Shown here: positions 17,976 through 26,588 of the stretch, piece by piece
How the letters are laid out: every line of letters begins with the position of its first letter
How positions within the stretch are numbered: the first letter of the stretch is position 1
Assembly: GCA_963675515.1 (NCBI GenBank)
Contig: OY776328.1
Span: 2,700,001-2,732,000, forward strand
Source: Coprobacillaceae bacterium
GTDB lineage: Bacteria > Bacillota_I > Bacilli_A > Erysipelotrichales > Coprobacillaceae
Direction of reading: 5' to 3'
Length of the DNA stretch: 32,000 bases
The notes under the pieces: model-generated
What the model saw: only the letters and a program-made list of their open reading frames with translations
Databases searched by the model: none
What the model was told of the DNA's origin: nothing
Translations under genes and position numbers: made by a program

Positions 17976-18813
17976 AATAATGGATTTTTTCCTTGAGGAA
18001 AGTTCCGTTCTCTAGATCAAAGAACGCCTGGCGCAGCTCGTCATTGGTGTTCATGACAATCGGCCCGCCCCAGGCTACGGGCTCACCTAAGGCCTTAGAG
18101 GACATGAACAGGACCTGTACCGGTTTGGCTCCCGCCTCAATGCTCACCTTGGTGGCCGGCGAGAGCTTGACTGCCGATTTTTCTAAGATGGTCCTTCCAT
18201 CCACGATTATCTCGTTGACCAGAGTGAACAGCATGATCGAACGGTCGGCTTTTACATCGATGGTTATTTTCCCATGCGCCCTGAGATGGATATCATAATA
18301 ATCCAGAGGCAGTTGCGAGCCCATATGACCCTGATGGTCTTGGTATTTGCCGGCGAGAAGGTGCAACTCGCCATCTGCAACCGGGATTTTCTCGATCGTT
18401 TGAGCCCTGATTGACTGGTAGCTTGGCGCGCACATCTTCTGGTTTGCGGGCAGGTTGAGCCAAAGCTGCACTCCTTGAAGCAGCTTCGAAGGGGGAAGTT
18501 TTTCCTCATGGAGGATGCCCGAACCGGCGCACATCCATTGCACCTCGCCATCAGTGATGGCATCCTCATTGCCCAGGGAATCCCTGTGGATCATTTTCCC
18601 CTTGTAGACATAGCTGATTGTCTCGATGCCCCGATGGGGATGGAGCGGGAATCCCGCCACATAGTCTTCAGGGTTGGTGCTTTGAAATGAATCAAGCATC
18701 AAGAACGGGTCAAATTCATTGACTGTCCGGTTGGAAAGCACCCGCACGAGATTCACTCCGGCCCCGTCTTGGGTATGGTAACCGGTCACTATTTTTTCGA
18801 TTTTCGCTTCCAT
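17974..18813 (-). CDS. Pirin family protein (cupin; quercetin 2,3-dioxygenase-like)
   Basis: FPLHPHRGIETISYVYKG, VQWMCAGSGILHEE, and C-terminal GGPIVMNTNDELRQAFFDLENGTF. Confidence 0.9.
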   Translation of the reverse strand: MEAKIEKIVTGYHTQDGAGVNLVRVLSNRTVNEFDPFLMLDSFQSTNPEDYVAGFPLHPHRGIETISYVYKGKMIHRDSLGNEDAITDGEVQWMCAGSGILHEEKLPPSKLLQGVQLWLNLPANQKMCAPSYQSIRAQTIEKIPVADGELHLLAGKYQDHQGHMGSQLPLDYYDIHLRAHGKITIDVKADRSIMLFTLVNEIIVDGRTILEKSAVKLSPATKVSIEAGAKPVQVLFMSSKALGEPVAWGGPIVMNTNDELRQAFFDLENGTFLKEKIHY

Positions 18814-18853
18814 GGTATCACTCCTTATCTTTGTTTCACTGTCGAATTCACAT

Positions 18854-19201
18854 TCAATGATGATTTCCGGTCTCCAGGCACCACAATGCGATATCCTGGA
18901 TCAGGTTTTTGTCAACCGGCTTGTCGTAGGGCATCTGGATCGCCCCTTTGCTTGTGTGATAAATTCTTAGACGGTCCTGGAAGTGAACTATTGCCGCCGG
19001 CCCCGGATATATCCCGAAATGGTTCTTGAAGGCTGCAAAATGGATGATGTTGCGCTTGTGGAAAAAAGTCGGCATCGCCCAGGCTATTTTCTCCTGAGCT
19101 TCAGGCAGGACCTCGCGCAAAGCCTGGTAGACCTCGATCAAGGTCCCCCGGACTTCCTCTTTCTGGCTGTAGATGTAATTTTCAATCGGGCTAAGTTCCA
19201 T
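18854..19201 (-). CDS. DUF1801 domain protein (YdhG-like)
   Basis: 115 aa with KIAWAMPTF.., IHFAAFKNHFGIYPG, KGAIQMPYDKP. Confidence 0.7.
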   Translation of the reverse strand: MELSPIENYIYSQKEEVRGTLIEVYQALREVLPEAQEKIAWAMPTFFHKRNIIHFAAFKNHFGIYPGPAAIVHFQDRLRIYHTSKGAIQMPYDKPVDKNLIQDIALWCLETGNHH

Positions 19202-19202
19202 A

Positions 19203-19658
19203 TCAGTGCTTTATGCTCCTTTCATATATGGCGATATATTCATCAACGCTTATTTTCCTGACCAGTTCGCCAATGAGACCATAGGGTATGTCATCAACAT
19301 TCCTGAACCTGATGCAACTCTTGCCCAGATCCAGCTTGTTTCTGGCATGGCTGGAGTATTGTCCCACAAACCAATCCATTATTTCCTTGTTTGAATAGAG
19401 GCCCATATGGTAAAGGGCCAGATGGTTCTTTTGTGGCGCCAAAGCCATAAACGGAAGAGGCTCGCCTTTTTTGACATGATAGCCTGGAGGATATCGGGTC
19501 AGGGGCACGACATAGCCGATCATGCCATAGCTCATTGCCTCTTCAAATCCTTCAGGCAGGTTCGCCAGGATGACTTCACGCAGCTTTGCCAAGGCTGCCT
19601 TATGGTTGTCAGACACCTTGTCGATGTATTCTTCAACACTGTGGGCTTCGATTTTCAT
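19203..19658 (-). CDS. DUF1801 domain protein
   Basis: AALAKLREVILANLPEGFEEAMSYGMIGYVVP.., KNHLALYHMGLY, KSCIRFRN. ATG 19658 is preferred over the tracked GTG at 19679. Confidence 0.65.
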   Translation of the reverse strand: MKIEAHSVEEYIDKVSDNHKAALAKLREVILANLPEGFEEAMSYGMIGYVVPLTRYPPGYHVKKGEPLPFMALAPQKNHLALYHMGLYSNKEIMDWFVGQYSSHARNKLDLGKSCIRFRNVDDIPYGLIGELVRKISVDEYIAIYERSIKH

Positions 19659-19892
19659 GACGGTCTTATCCCCTTTCACAGATATCTTTTAAATGTATTC
19701 AATAACGACTGTTCTTATTCAATCATAGTCCTCTTCGGTAACAATTGCAAAGAATAGCCCTCAAAACATTCAACCGCCAAATCCGACACCCCAAAACCCC
19801 ACGCCATCAATGAAACCGTTTCCGTTTTTTTGTTCATTGCGTTTGGAAAATCCAAAGATTGTGATACAATTAGGTTAACAAGGAGGTTTACT

Positions 19893-20111
19893 ATGGATAT
19901 CCAAGCCAAAGTAACGGAAGTGATAGACAAGATCAAAAATGAACCGGATTTTGCCGCAAAATTCAAGAGCGATCCAGTCAAAGCCCTGGAATCGATCCTT
20001 GGGGTCGACTTGCCTGAGGATCAGCTAAATGGCATCATCGATGGAGTAAAGGCGAAAGTAAGCCTTGACCAGGCCGGCGATCTTATGAACAAAGTCAAAA
20101 ACTTCTTCTAG
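19893..20111 (+). CDS. Small helical hypothetical protein (72 aa)
   Basis: AAGGAGG RBS 6 nt before ATG 19893, with an extended -10 (TGtGATACAAT) about 30 nt upstream. Followed by a terminator. No family recognised. Confidence 0.6.
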   Translation: MDIQAKVTEVIDKIKNEPDFAAKFKSDPVKALESILGVDLPEDQLNGIIDGVKAKVSLDQAGDLMNKVKNFF

Positions 20112-20116
20112 AAACC

Positions 20117-20155
20117 AAAAACCGGAATCAGCCCAAAAGGCCCTTCCGGTTTTTG
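20117..20155. terminator. Bidirectional terminator between the convergent small ORF and the acyltransferase gene
   Basis: AAAAACCGGAA-(16 nt)-UUCCGGUUUUU. The last codons of the acyltransferase gene lie inside it. Confidence 0.75.
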
Positions 20156-21144
20156 ATTGTCTTGATCACATTCAATATCCAATTTGCAGTGAAGATCTCA
20201 TTAAGCGCCCTTCCGACATAGCGGTTGGAAAAAACTAATATGAGGATATAGGTCAGCCCCAGTGAAAACACGATCTTCTGGTAAGGCATGGGCCCGACCA
20301 GATGCATATTGCCCACAACCTTGATGATAAACCCATGCAGCAGATAAACCGGCAAGGTATAACAGCCTAGACTCGTGACCAGCGGGATTTTCTTTTCGGG
20401 AACCAACAAAAGAAGTCCTGATATCCAGACCAGGGCGATCAGGTAGGCGCCAAGCTTCAAGAAGACGTTGCTTTTTGCCATCTGGTAGCTCATCGAATGG
20501 TAAAACACCGCCGGTGTCAAATCCGGACTTTTAACCACCAGAAAGATTGCTCCGACCATCATGATCAAACTGGCAATTTTCACAATCCTAATGGATGTGA
20601 GGCCCAAGTTCTTTCCACCTAGAAAAGCGAGGCCGTCGCGGGCGAAATAACCAAGGACGAAAAACGGCAGGAAACTCAAGAAGCGGCTCAATGAAAGGTA
20701 ATAGCCGATCGTGTTTTCGAATCCGGCCAGCAGGCCAAGCCCGAACAAACCGCCGATTATCATCATCCGCTTCTTACCGGTTGCCCCCGAGAACATCGGC
20801 AAAAGCAGGTAACAAAACGCGATCGCCAACAGGTACCACAGCATCCAAAAAGGTGTAGTGAACTGGATCACGATATCCGGTTTTTTCATTATCAGCTGGG
20901 TGAAGAAAAGATAGAGGAACTGGAAAACAATATATGGATAGATCAGGTTGACCATGATCTTGGTCCGGTCGTATTTGGCGAAATAGCCGGAGATAAAGAC
21001 AAAAAGAGGCATATGGAACGAGTAGATGACCCGATAAACCTGGAGGCCGCCCCTGGATGGATATATCTCCAGAAGGTGTCCTAGAACCACAAGAAACATC
21101 AACAGAAAACGGAGGTTGTCAAATTTGCATAGACGCTGTTTCAT
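20128..21144 (-). CDS. Acyltransferase family 3 membrane protein (OatA/WecH-like O-acyltransferase)
   Basis: FDNLRFLLMFLVVLGHLLE.., about 10 TM, and the typical N-terminal R/H motif of Acyl_transf_3. Confidence 0.8.
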   Translation of the reverse strand: MKQRLCKFDNLRFLLMFLVVLGHLLEIYPSRGGLQVYRVIYSFHMPLFVFISGYFAKYDRTKIMVNLIYPYIVFQFLYLFFTQLIMKKPDIVIQFTTPFWMLWYLLAIAFCYLLLPMFSGATGKKRMMIIGGLFGLGLLAGFENTIGYYLSLSRFLSFLPFFVLGYFARDGLAFLGGKNLGLTSIRIVKIASLIMMVGAIFLVVKSPDLTPAVFYHSMSYQMAKSNVFLKLGAYLIALVWISGLLLLVPEKKIPLVTSLGCYTLPVYLLHGFIIKVVGNMHLVGPMPYQKIVFSLGLTYILILVFSNRYVGRALNEIFTANWILNVIKTIKNRKGLLG

Positions 21145-21213
21145 TAAAATTATCCTTTATTGTGAATTGTCAAAAAAACCGCATACAATCGGCGATTTTC
21201 CATTAACCACATA

Positions 21214-21242
21214 AGTATAATCCCATCATCCGTATTTGTCCA
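21214..21242 (-). promoter_or_regulatory. Candidate promoter of the acyltransferase gene
   Basis: Minus strand reads TGGACA, 17-nt spacer, TATACT. The -35 abuts or overlaps the left copy of the IS target duplication. Confidence 0.45.
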
Positions 21243-21268
21243 GCCATAATTCCACTTTTTAAAAGTCG
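21241..21268. repeat. Left copy of the 28-bp target-site duplication
   Basis: CAGCCATAATTCCACTTTTTAAAAGTCG is identical to 22819..22846. Confidence 0.9.
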
Positions 21269-22818
21269 TCTAGAACGAATATGATATTGTCTTAATGTAA
21301 GGAAGATGATTATGTCCCAAGGTCCTATATCAAATCCTGGAAATATGGTATCATAAACCTCTATGATTTTATGGAGGTAGATGATGAGAAAGGTTGATCT
21401 TAGAATGAACGAATTAGAAAAATATAAAGTAATCAAGAAACTGGTTGAAACCAACGGCAACAAGAAGCGAGCGGCTACGAGACTTAACTGTTCAACCAGG
21501 ACAGTCAACCGGCTAATCTTGAAATATAAACAATTTGGTAAACAAGGCTTTGTCCATGGCAACCGCGGCAATCTACCGGCACATACTTTTGATCCCGAAA
21601 CAAAGGCGATGATTATTGACTTGTATCTCGCTAAGTACACCGATGCCAATTTGGCTCATTTTGCCGAAATAGTCGAGGAGGAACTAAAGATAAAAGTTTC
21701 CGACACAACCATCAATAACTGGCTGAAGCAAGAATACGTTTTGTCTCCAAGGGCCAGAAGAAAGACCAAGAAGGCCATGAGAATTGCTTTAGCGGCCAAA
21801 TTGGATAAAACCAAATCCGCAAAAGCTGCCAATAAATTAAAGGAATCTATAGCCGTTATTGAAAGCAACAAGGCTCATCCTCGCCGTCCACGGAGTAAAT
21901 ACTTCGGTGAGATGATCCAGATGGATGCAAGCAGCTTTGAATGGGTCCCTGGTGAGATTTGGCATCTCCACCTGGCCGTCGATGATTCAACCAGTAAAGT
22001 AGTTGGAGCTTATTTCGACACCCAGGAAACGTTAAAGGGCTATTATAATGTATTCCATCAGATATTGACTGATTATGGCATCCCGGCTATGTTTTACACC
22101 GACAGGCGGACAGTTTTCGAATACAAAAGAAAAAACACCGCATTCGATGACGAAGATACCTTCACGCAATTTTCTTACGCCTGCCATCAATTGGGTGTTG
22201 AAATCAAAACAACTAGCGTAGCACAAGCCAAAGGCCGTGTAGAGAGAATGAACCAAACATTTCAATCACGATTACCTGTCGACCTGCGCCGCGCTAATAT
22301 AACGAAAATAGAGGATGCCAACGAGTTTCTGAAGTCCTACCTAAAAAAACTTAATGACAAATTCGCTCTACGACTAAATAGTACCAAAACAGTTTTCGAA
22401 AAACAACCATCTTTGGAAAAAATCAACCAGACGCTCGCTGTCATTTCACCAAGAAAAATCGATGGCGGACATTGCATAAAATACAAGAATGCCTACTATA
22501 TACCTAAAACAGATAAAGATGTAAGGGTATTCTTTAAAAACAAGACCGATAGTATGGTTATCGAAGCCTACGATGGAAATCTCTATGTGAATATCTTGGA
22601 TAATCTGTATTTACTCGAGAACGTGCCTGATCGGCAAATGTATTCGAAGAACTTTGATGAAGAACAGGCTACCAAGCCAAAGAAGAAAAAGCAATATATA
22701 CCGCCATTGAGTCATCCATGGAAACAAGCTTCCTATATGAATTACTTGGCAAAACAAAAGCACCGTGAAAACAGTGCTAATGTTTAACAATTTTTAAGAC
22801 ATTATCAATTTCGCTTGA
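21269..22818 (+). mobile_element. Insertion sequence, ISNCY family / IS1202 group (1550 bp)
   Basis: The imperfect terminal inverted repeats are TCTAGAACGAATATGATATTGTCTTAA (left) and TCAAGCGAAATTGATAATGTCTTAA (reverse complement of the right end). It has a single DDE transposase ORF and is flanked by a perfect 28-bp direct repeat. It is visibly more AT-rich than the flanks. Confidence 0.85.
21381..22787 (+). CDS. DDE (rve-type) transposase, IS1202-like
   Basis: N-terminal HTH (LEKYKVIKKLVETNGNKKRAATRLNCSTRTVNRLILKY, HGNRGN). Candidate catalytic residues lie in QMDASSFEW, FYTDRRTVF and AKGRVERMNQTFQSRL. The start may be ATG 21384. Confidence 0.85.
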   Translation: MMRKVDLRMNELEKYKVIKKLVETNGNKKRAATRLNCSTRTVNRLILKYKQFGKQGFVHGNRGNLPAHTFDPETKAMIIDLYLAKYTDANLAHFAEIVEEELKIKVSDTTINNWLKQEYVLSPRARRKTKKAMRIALAAKLDKTKSAKAANKLKESIAVIESNKAHPRRPRSKYFGEMIQMDASSFEWVPGEIWHLHLAVDDSTSKVVGAYFDTQETLKGYYNVFHQILTDYGIPAMFYTDRRTVFEYKRKNTAFDDEDTFTQFSYACHQLGVEIKTTSVAQAKGRVERMNQTFQSRLPVDLRRANITKIEDANEFLKSYLKKLNDKFALRLNSTKTVFEKQPSLEKINQTLAVISPRKIDGGHCIKYKNAYYIPKTDKDVRVFFKNKTDSMVIEAYDGNLYVNILDNLYLLENVPDRQMYSKNFDEEQATKPKKKKQYIPPLSHPWKQASYMNYLAKQKHRENSANV

Positions 22819-22846
22819 CAGCCATAATTCCACTTTTTAAAAGTCG
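22819..22846. repeat. Right copy of the 28-bp target-site duplication
   Basis: Identical to 21241..21268. Confidence 0.9.
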
Positions 22847-22890
22847 CGATTCAAGCCGGTATTTTGTGGCTGTCAACCTCTTGGCAAGGG

Positions 22891-23772
22891 TCACTCGCAG
22901 TTATGCTCCTGCCAGTTTTCACTTTGGTAGTCAACCTCGATTGTGATATGGTCGATTCCATTTTCTTCCAGGTGGCTGCGGATTCTCTGTTTTAGGGAAA
23001 TCACTTCCTGGTTTGTGATATCGTCGCTTACAACGATATGGAAACTCGCCAGCATCCTCTGCCCTTCCATCGACCAGAGGTGGACATGATGGACATCCTT
23101 GAGCTGTTCGAATTGCTTGAGTTGTTCAAGCAATCTGGCAATGGGATATTCAGTGGGTACGCCCTCCATCAGTATTCTCAGGGCCATAAACATTTTGGGA
23201 ACGACATTGGCCAGGATGTAGATGGTGATTGAAACCGAAAGCAAGGGATCAAGAATCGCCAGGTCATAGAAATACATAACGATCGAACCAACAAGGACGA
23301 CAACCCAGCCCAGCACATCTTCGAGCAGGTGCCACGAAACGACCTTCTCATTAAGTGACGTTCCCTTGAAAAGGCGCCAGGCGGCAACTCCATTGACCGC
23401 GATTCCCAAGACCGCAAGAGCGACCATCCCCGATGCCCTCACCGGAGCGGGGTTGAACAAACGGCCAATCGCATTGAAGATGATGACAAGCGAACCAAAA
23501 ATCAATATCAAGCTGTTGATCAGAGCCCCAAGCAGGGAAAACCTTGCATAGCCATAGGAATACTTGTAGTCAGGGGCCCTGTGGGCATATTTTTCCAGAT
23601 ACCAGGCGATTGCCAGCGAAAGCGAATCTCCCAAATCATGGAGCGCATCGGAAAATATGGCCATTGAGTTTGTGAACATTCCCCCGGCAAGCTCGATGAT
23701 GGTGAATGCCAGGTTGAGAAAAAACGCGGTTTTGATATTTGCGCTTTGATGGTGATGATGTTCGTGGGCCAT
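22891..23772 (-). CDS. Cation diffusion facilitator family transporter (CzcD/ZitB-like Zn/Co/Cd efflux)
   Basis: His-rich N-terminus MAHEHHHHQ, then FLNLAFTIIELAGG..SMAIFSDALHDLGDS and HVHLW in the C-terminal domain. RBS is AGGAGG. Confidence 0.9.
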   Translation of the reverse strand: MAHEHHHHQSANIKTAFFLNLAFTIIELAGGMFTNSMAIFSDALHDLGDSLSLAIAWYLEKYAHRAPDYKYSYGYARFSLLGALINSLILIFGSLVIIFNAIGRLFNPAPVRASGMVALAVLGIAVNGVAAWRLFKGTSLNEKVVSWHLLEDVLGWVVVLVGSIVMYFYDLAILDPLLSVSITIYILANVVPKMFMALRILMEGVPTEYPIARLLEQLKQFEQLKDVHHVHLWSMEGQRMLASFHIVVSDDITNQEVISLKQRIRSHLEENGIDHITIEVDYQSENWQEHNCE

Positions 23773-24046
23773 GGATTGTCCTCCTGTCTTCCGGATTGAT
23801 CCACTAGAAAATAACAGGTTTTAGTTGTCGCTGTCGATCCTGTTGTAGATCATCAACAGCTAGGATGCGACTTCATCAATGGCGCAATCATATTCGATGC
23901 ACCTTTGATATATCGCTTTTTTTATCAGATCAAGGATGTCGATGAAATTTATCTCCTCCAGCGCCTAATACGCCTGCGGGGCACTGACCATCAAAAAAAA
24001 CCTGTCATCGTTTGAAATGTCTGTCATATTACATACCGATGTTCGT

Positions 24047-24979
24047 TCAAAACATCTTCCTTTTTATGAATATGACTGCAAGAATCACCGAAACAACAAA
24101 CGAGAACAACAAGATTCCAAAGAACGAGAAGTTGTGGATTGCGACTGGAAGCGGGACATTCATTCCAAAAAAGCTGGAGATCATCGTCGGTATGGTCAGC
24201 AGGATCGTCACAGCCGCCAGAAACTTCATGACGATGTTCAAGTTGTTGGAAATAATCGAAGCGAACGCATCCATCATCCCGCCCAGGATTCCGCTGTAGA
24301 TGTCGGCCATTTCCTGGACCTGGCGGTTCTCGATGACTACCTCTTCGTAAAGGAGATGTTCGGAGGAATCCTTGTCAATCAGATTCAACTTGTTTATCTT
24401 TTCAAGCACCGATTCCAGCCCGATAAGCGAGGTCGATATATAGACCAGGCTCTTTTCGAGATTGAGCAGCTGGATCAGCTCCTTGTTTTTCATCGAACCT
24501 TGCAGGTTGGTTTCAATCGCGTCTGACATCCGGTTGATCTGCTTTAGATACTGCAGGTAATATGTGGTGTTGTTCAACAATATTTCCAGCAAAAACTGCC
24601 ATTTCAGGTCGGTCTGATAACCGTCGACCTTCTCATCGATGAAATCATCGATAAGGGGCAGTTTTTTGGAGCAGATGGTGAAGATGCTGTTTGACATCAA
24701 AACGATGCCAAGGGGATATGTCGTGAATATCTTGGAATCGCCAAGCGTCTCATATATCGGGACATCGACCACCACAAGTATCTTGCCATCCCTTTGTTCC
24801 ACCCGGGAACGTTCCAATTCATCAAGCGAACTGGAGATGAAGCGTTTGGGAATGCCGTAAACATCCACCAGCAGTTCGGTTTCCCTGGCGCTTGGATTGG
24901 TGCAGTTTACCCAGCATCCTTGCTCGAGGTGGTTGATTGGAACCAGTCCATCGAGAAATGACTTGTAATATTTGATCAT
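24047..24979 (-). CDS. corA: CorA family divalent metal ion transporter
   Basis: 310 aa with C-terminal LTIPTMISSFFGMNVPLP (GMN motif) followed by a second TM helix. Confidence 0.85.
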   Translation of the reverse strand: MIKYYKSFLDGLVPINHLEQGCWVNCTNPSARETELLVDVYGIPKRFISSSLDELERSRVEQRDGKILVVVDVPIYETLGDSKIFTTYPLGIVLMSNSIFTICSKKLPLIDDFIDEKVDGYQTDLKWQFLLEILLNNTTYYLQYLKQINRMSDAIETNLQGSMKNKELIQLLNLEKSLVYISTSLIGLESVLEKINKLNLIDKDSSEHLLYEEVVIENRQVQEMADIYSGILGGMMDAFASIISNNLNIVMKFLAAVTILLTIPTMISSFFGMNVPLPVAIHNFSFFGILLFSFVVSVILAVIFIKRKMF

Positions 24980-25365
24980 AACCTTGCCTCACTTCGACTG
25001 TTTATCAGTCAATCTTATTATCTGGAAGCTTTTACTCGCGATATGTCAATGATTCCTGTTTGCTTATTTTTGATTTGGGCGATCCAATTCACCAAGGACG
25101 ATCCATGTTATAGAAGTACCCCTGTCATTCCGGTTTTGTGATGGGTGCGTGTCTTGTCGCCAGTATCGCAAAACTTTTTTCCGTATACTTGTGGTCCTGC
25201 TTCACTGTTGGACTGGGGCAATGATTGGTATCGATATCCTTGCCTAGTCAGGATTGCGATTATCATTCAATCAGCTTGTTTATACAAAATATTATATCAT
25301 CTTTCAGTAAAATATACCATATGGTGCATAATTGAGTTGAAATAATTGGGAATATCGAAGATTTC

Positions 25366-25400
25366 AAAAAAAACGGCAGCTTCAAATTTGAAACTGCCGG
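25366..25400 (-). terminator. Rho-independent terminator after wrbA
   Basis: Minus strand reads CGGCAG-(14 nt)-CUGCCG followed by UUUUUUUU. Confidence 0.75.
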
Positions 25401-25410
25401 TTGATACTAT

Positions 25411-26016
25411 CTACAATACCTTAATTCTCTTGGCGATATCGAGAGTTCGAGCAACCTGGTGTTCGACTGCATCTTTCACATCCTCGACCATTTGTCCATG
25501 GCTGTCGACACTTACCGATGTTCCATATGGGTTGCCGCCGGCCTTGAAGACCGATGCGTAAGTGTAGCCCGGGGTGACCACAATCGCACCCCAGTGGTAC
25601 ATCGCGGTGTAGAGGCCCAGCAGTGTCGCTTCCTGACCGCCGTGGGGATTTTGGGCCGATGTCATGGCTGACACCACCTTGTTCACAGTCTTTCCTTTCG
25701 CCCACAGCCCGCCGGTTCCATCGATGAACTGCTTCATCGGTGCAGCCATGTTGCCATATCTGGTCGGAGTGGAAAATACAATGGCATCCGCCCATTCAAG
25801 GTCATCGTTCGTGGCTGTTGCCACTTTTACAGTCGCCTCAACCTGGGCCTGCCAGGCCGGATTCTTCGCGATAACTTCCTCTGGCGCCGGTTCCGTCACT
25901 TTCACCAGTCTGACCTGTGCTCCAAGCTCAATGGCCTTGTGGGCCGCCCACAAGGCCATCCGGTAATTTGTTCCTGTCATGCTGTAGAAAATCACAGCCA
26001 ATTTCAATTCATTCAT
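25411..26016 (-). CDS. wrbA: NAD(P)H:quinone oxidoreductase, type IV (WrbA flavodoxin-like)
   Basis: LAVIFYSMTGTNYRMA, IVFSTPTRYGNMAAPMKQFID, GGQEATLL, and the tail GNPYGTS. Confidence 0.85.
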   Translation of the reverse strand: MNELKLAVIFYSMTGTNYRMALWAAHKAIELGAQVRLVKVTEPAPEEVIAKNPAWQAQVEATVKVATATNDDLEWADAIVFSTPTRYGNMAAPMKQFIDGTGGLWAKGKTVNKVVSAMTSAQNPHGGQEATLLGLYTAMYHWGAIVVTPGYTYASVFKAGGNPYGTSVSVDSHGQMVEDVKDAVEHQVARTLDIAKRIKVL

Positions 26017-26050
26017 GGTTAATCCTCCTCCTCGTTTTGTTTATGTCACC

Positions 26051-26500
26051 CTATTCCGGGTCCTGTTTTAACTTCTTCAAAATGGCGATCAGCTGTTTTT
26101 TTTCCTGATCGTTGATATTTGCCAATGCCGCTGAGATATTGGCAAGATGCTCGGGAAATGCCTGCTCGATCAAGGTCGTGCCGGATTGGGTGATGGCGAT
26201 GTACCAGGACCGTTTGTCTTTGGGATCTTTCCGGCGGGCTACCATTCCCATTTTCTCCAGGTTGTTGACCACAACCGTCATATTCCCGCTGGTGAACAGT
26301 GATTTTTCAATGATCTGGCAGATCTTGAGCGGCCCTAGATGATAGAGCATCTCAAGCACTCCGAACTGGCTTATTGTCAGCCCCGAAGCGGCTATCGCCT
26401 TGATTTCGAACTTGCGCAGATGATTGGTGCCCCGATTAAGGGCGATAAGCACCTTGAGATTCAGATCGTTTTTTTGATTGTAGCTTTTCTTGTTTTCCAT
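26051..26500 (-). CDS. MarR family transcriptional regulator
   Basis: Winged-HTH LTISQFGVLEMLYHLGPLKICQIIEKSLFTSGNMTVVVNNLEKMGMVARRKDPKDKR. ATG 26500 is chosen over the tracked TTG at 26506. Confidence 0.85.
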   Translation of the reverse strand: MENKKSYNQKNDLNLKVLIALNRGTNHLRKFEIKAIAASGLTISQFGVLEMLYHLGPLKICQIIEKSLFTSGNMTVVVNNLEKMGMVARRKDPKDKRSWYIAITQSGTTLIEQAFPEHLANISAALANINDQEKKQLIAILKKLKQDPE

Positions 26501-26506
26501 GACCAA

Positions 26507-26535
26507 AATATACTACTAACTAGTGATAAATTCAA
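26507..26535 (-). promoter_or_regulatory. Promoter of marR-wrbA, positioned for a leaderless transcript
   Basis: Minus strand reads TTGAAT, a 17-nt spacer (TTATCACTAGTTAGTAG, containing the ACTA..TAGT dyad), TATATT, then 6 nt and the ATG. There is no Shine-Dalgarno sequence. Confidence 0.55.
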
Positions 26536-26563
26536 ATAATATGCTCAGATCCGTCCCAATCGC

Positions 26564-26586
26564 AAAAAAACCACCCGAAGGTGGTC
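26564..26586 (-). terminator. Rho-independent terminator after the GGDEF gene
   Basis: Minus strand reads ACCACC-UUCG-GGUGGU followed by UUUUUUU, immediately after the stop codon. Confidence 0.8.
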
Positions 26587-26588
26587 TT

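Noticed and set aside
21203-21649. A 148-aa ORF antisense to the IS left end and the transposase start.
   Set aside because: It has low-complexity composition and no RBS, spans the IS/host junction and overlaps a well-supported transposase gene. It is probably spurious.
22815-22877. A hybrid outward-facing promoter (TTGACA formed by the IS right end plus the duplication) and a 9-bp inverted repeat TTGACAGCC/GGCTGTCAA.
   Set aside because: The best -10 candidate (TAAAAG) lacks the invariant final T. No plus-strand gene lies downstream. The inverted repeat has a 45-nt loop and is partly created by the insertion, so it is likely coincidental.
23860-24027. A 55-codon minus-strand ORF between corA and the CDF gene (MTDISNDDRFFLMVSAPQAY-TAG-ALEEINFIDILDLIKKAIYQRCIEYDCAIDEVAS), interrupted by an in-frame TAG. 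It might be a decayed small regulator.
   Set aside because: There is no RBS and I recognise no family. The resemblance to a CsoR-like IDIL segment is too weak. It cannot be supported from the sequence alone.
24980-25300. M-box (ykoK) Mg2+ riboswitch upstream of corA.
   Set aside because: Only short scattered matches are present. The ordered conserved blocks (GUUAGGUGAGGC .. GCCC/GGGU pairing .. CCAUACnGUGCUAAAGCU) are missing. It is kept only as an unexplained long leader.
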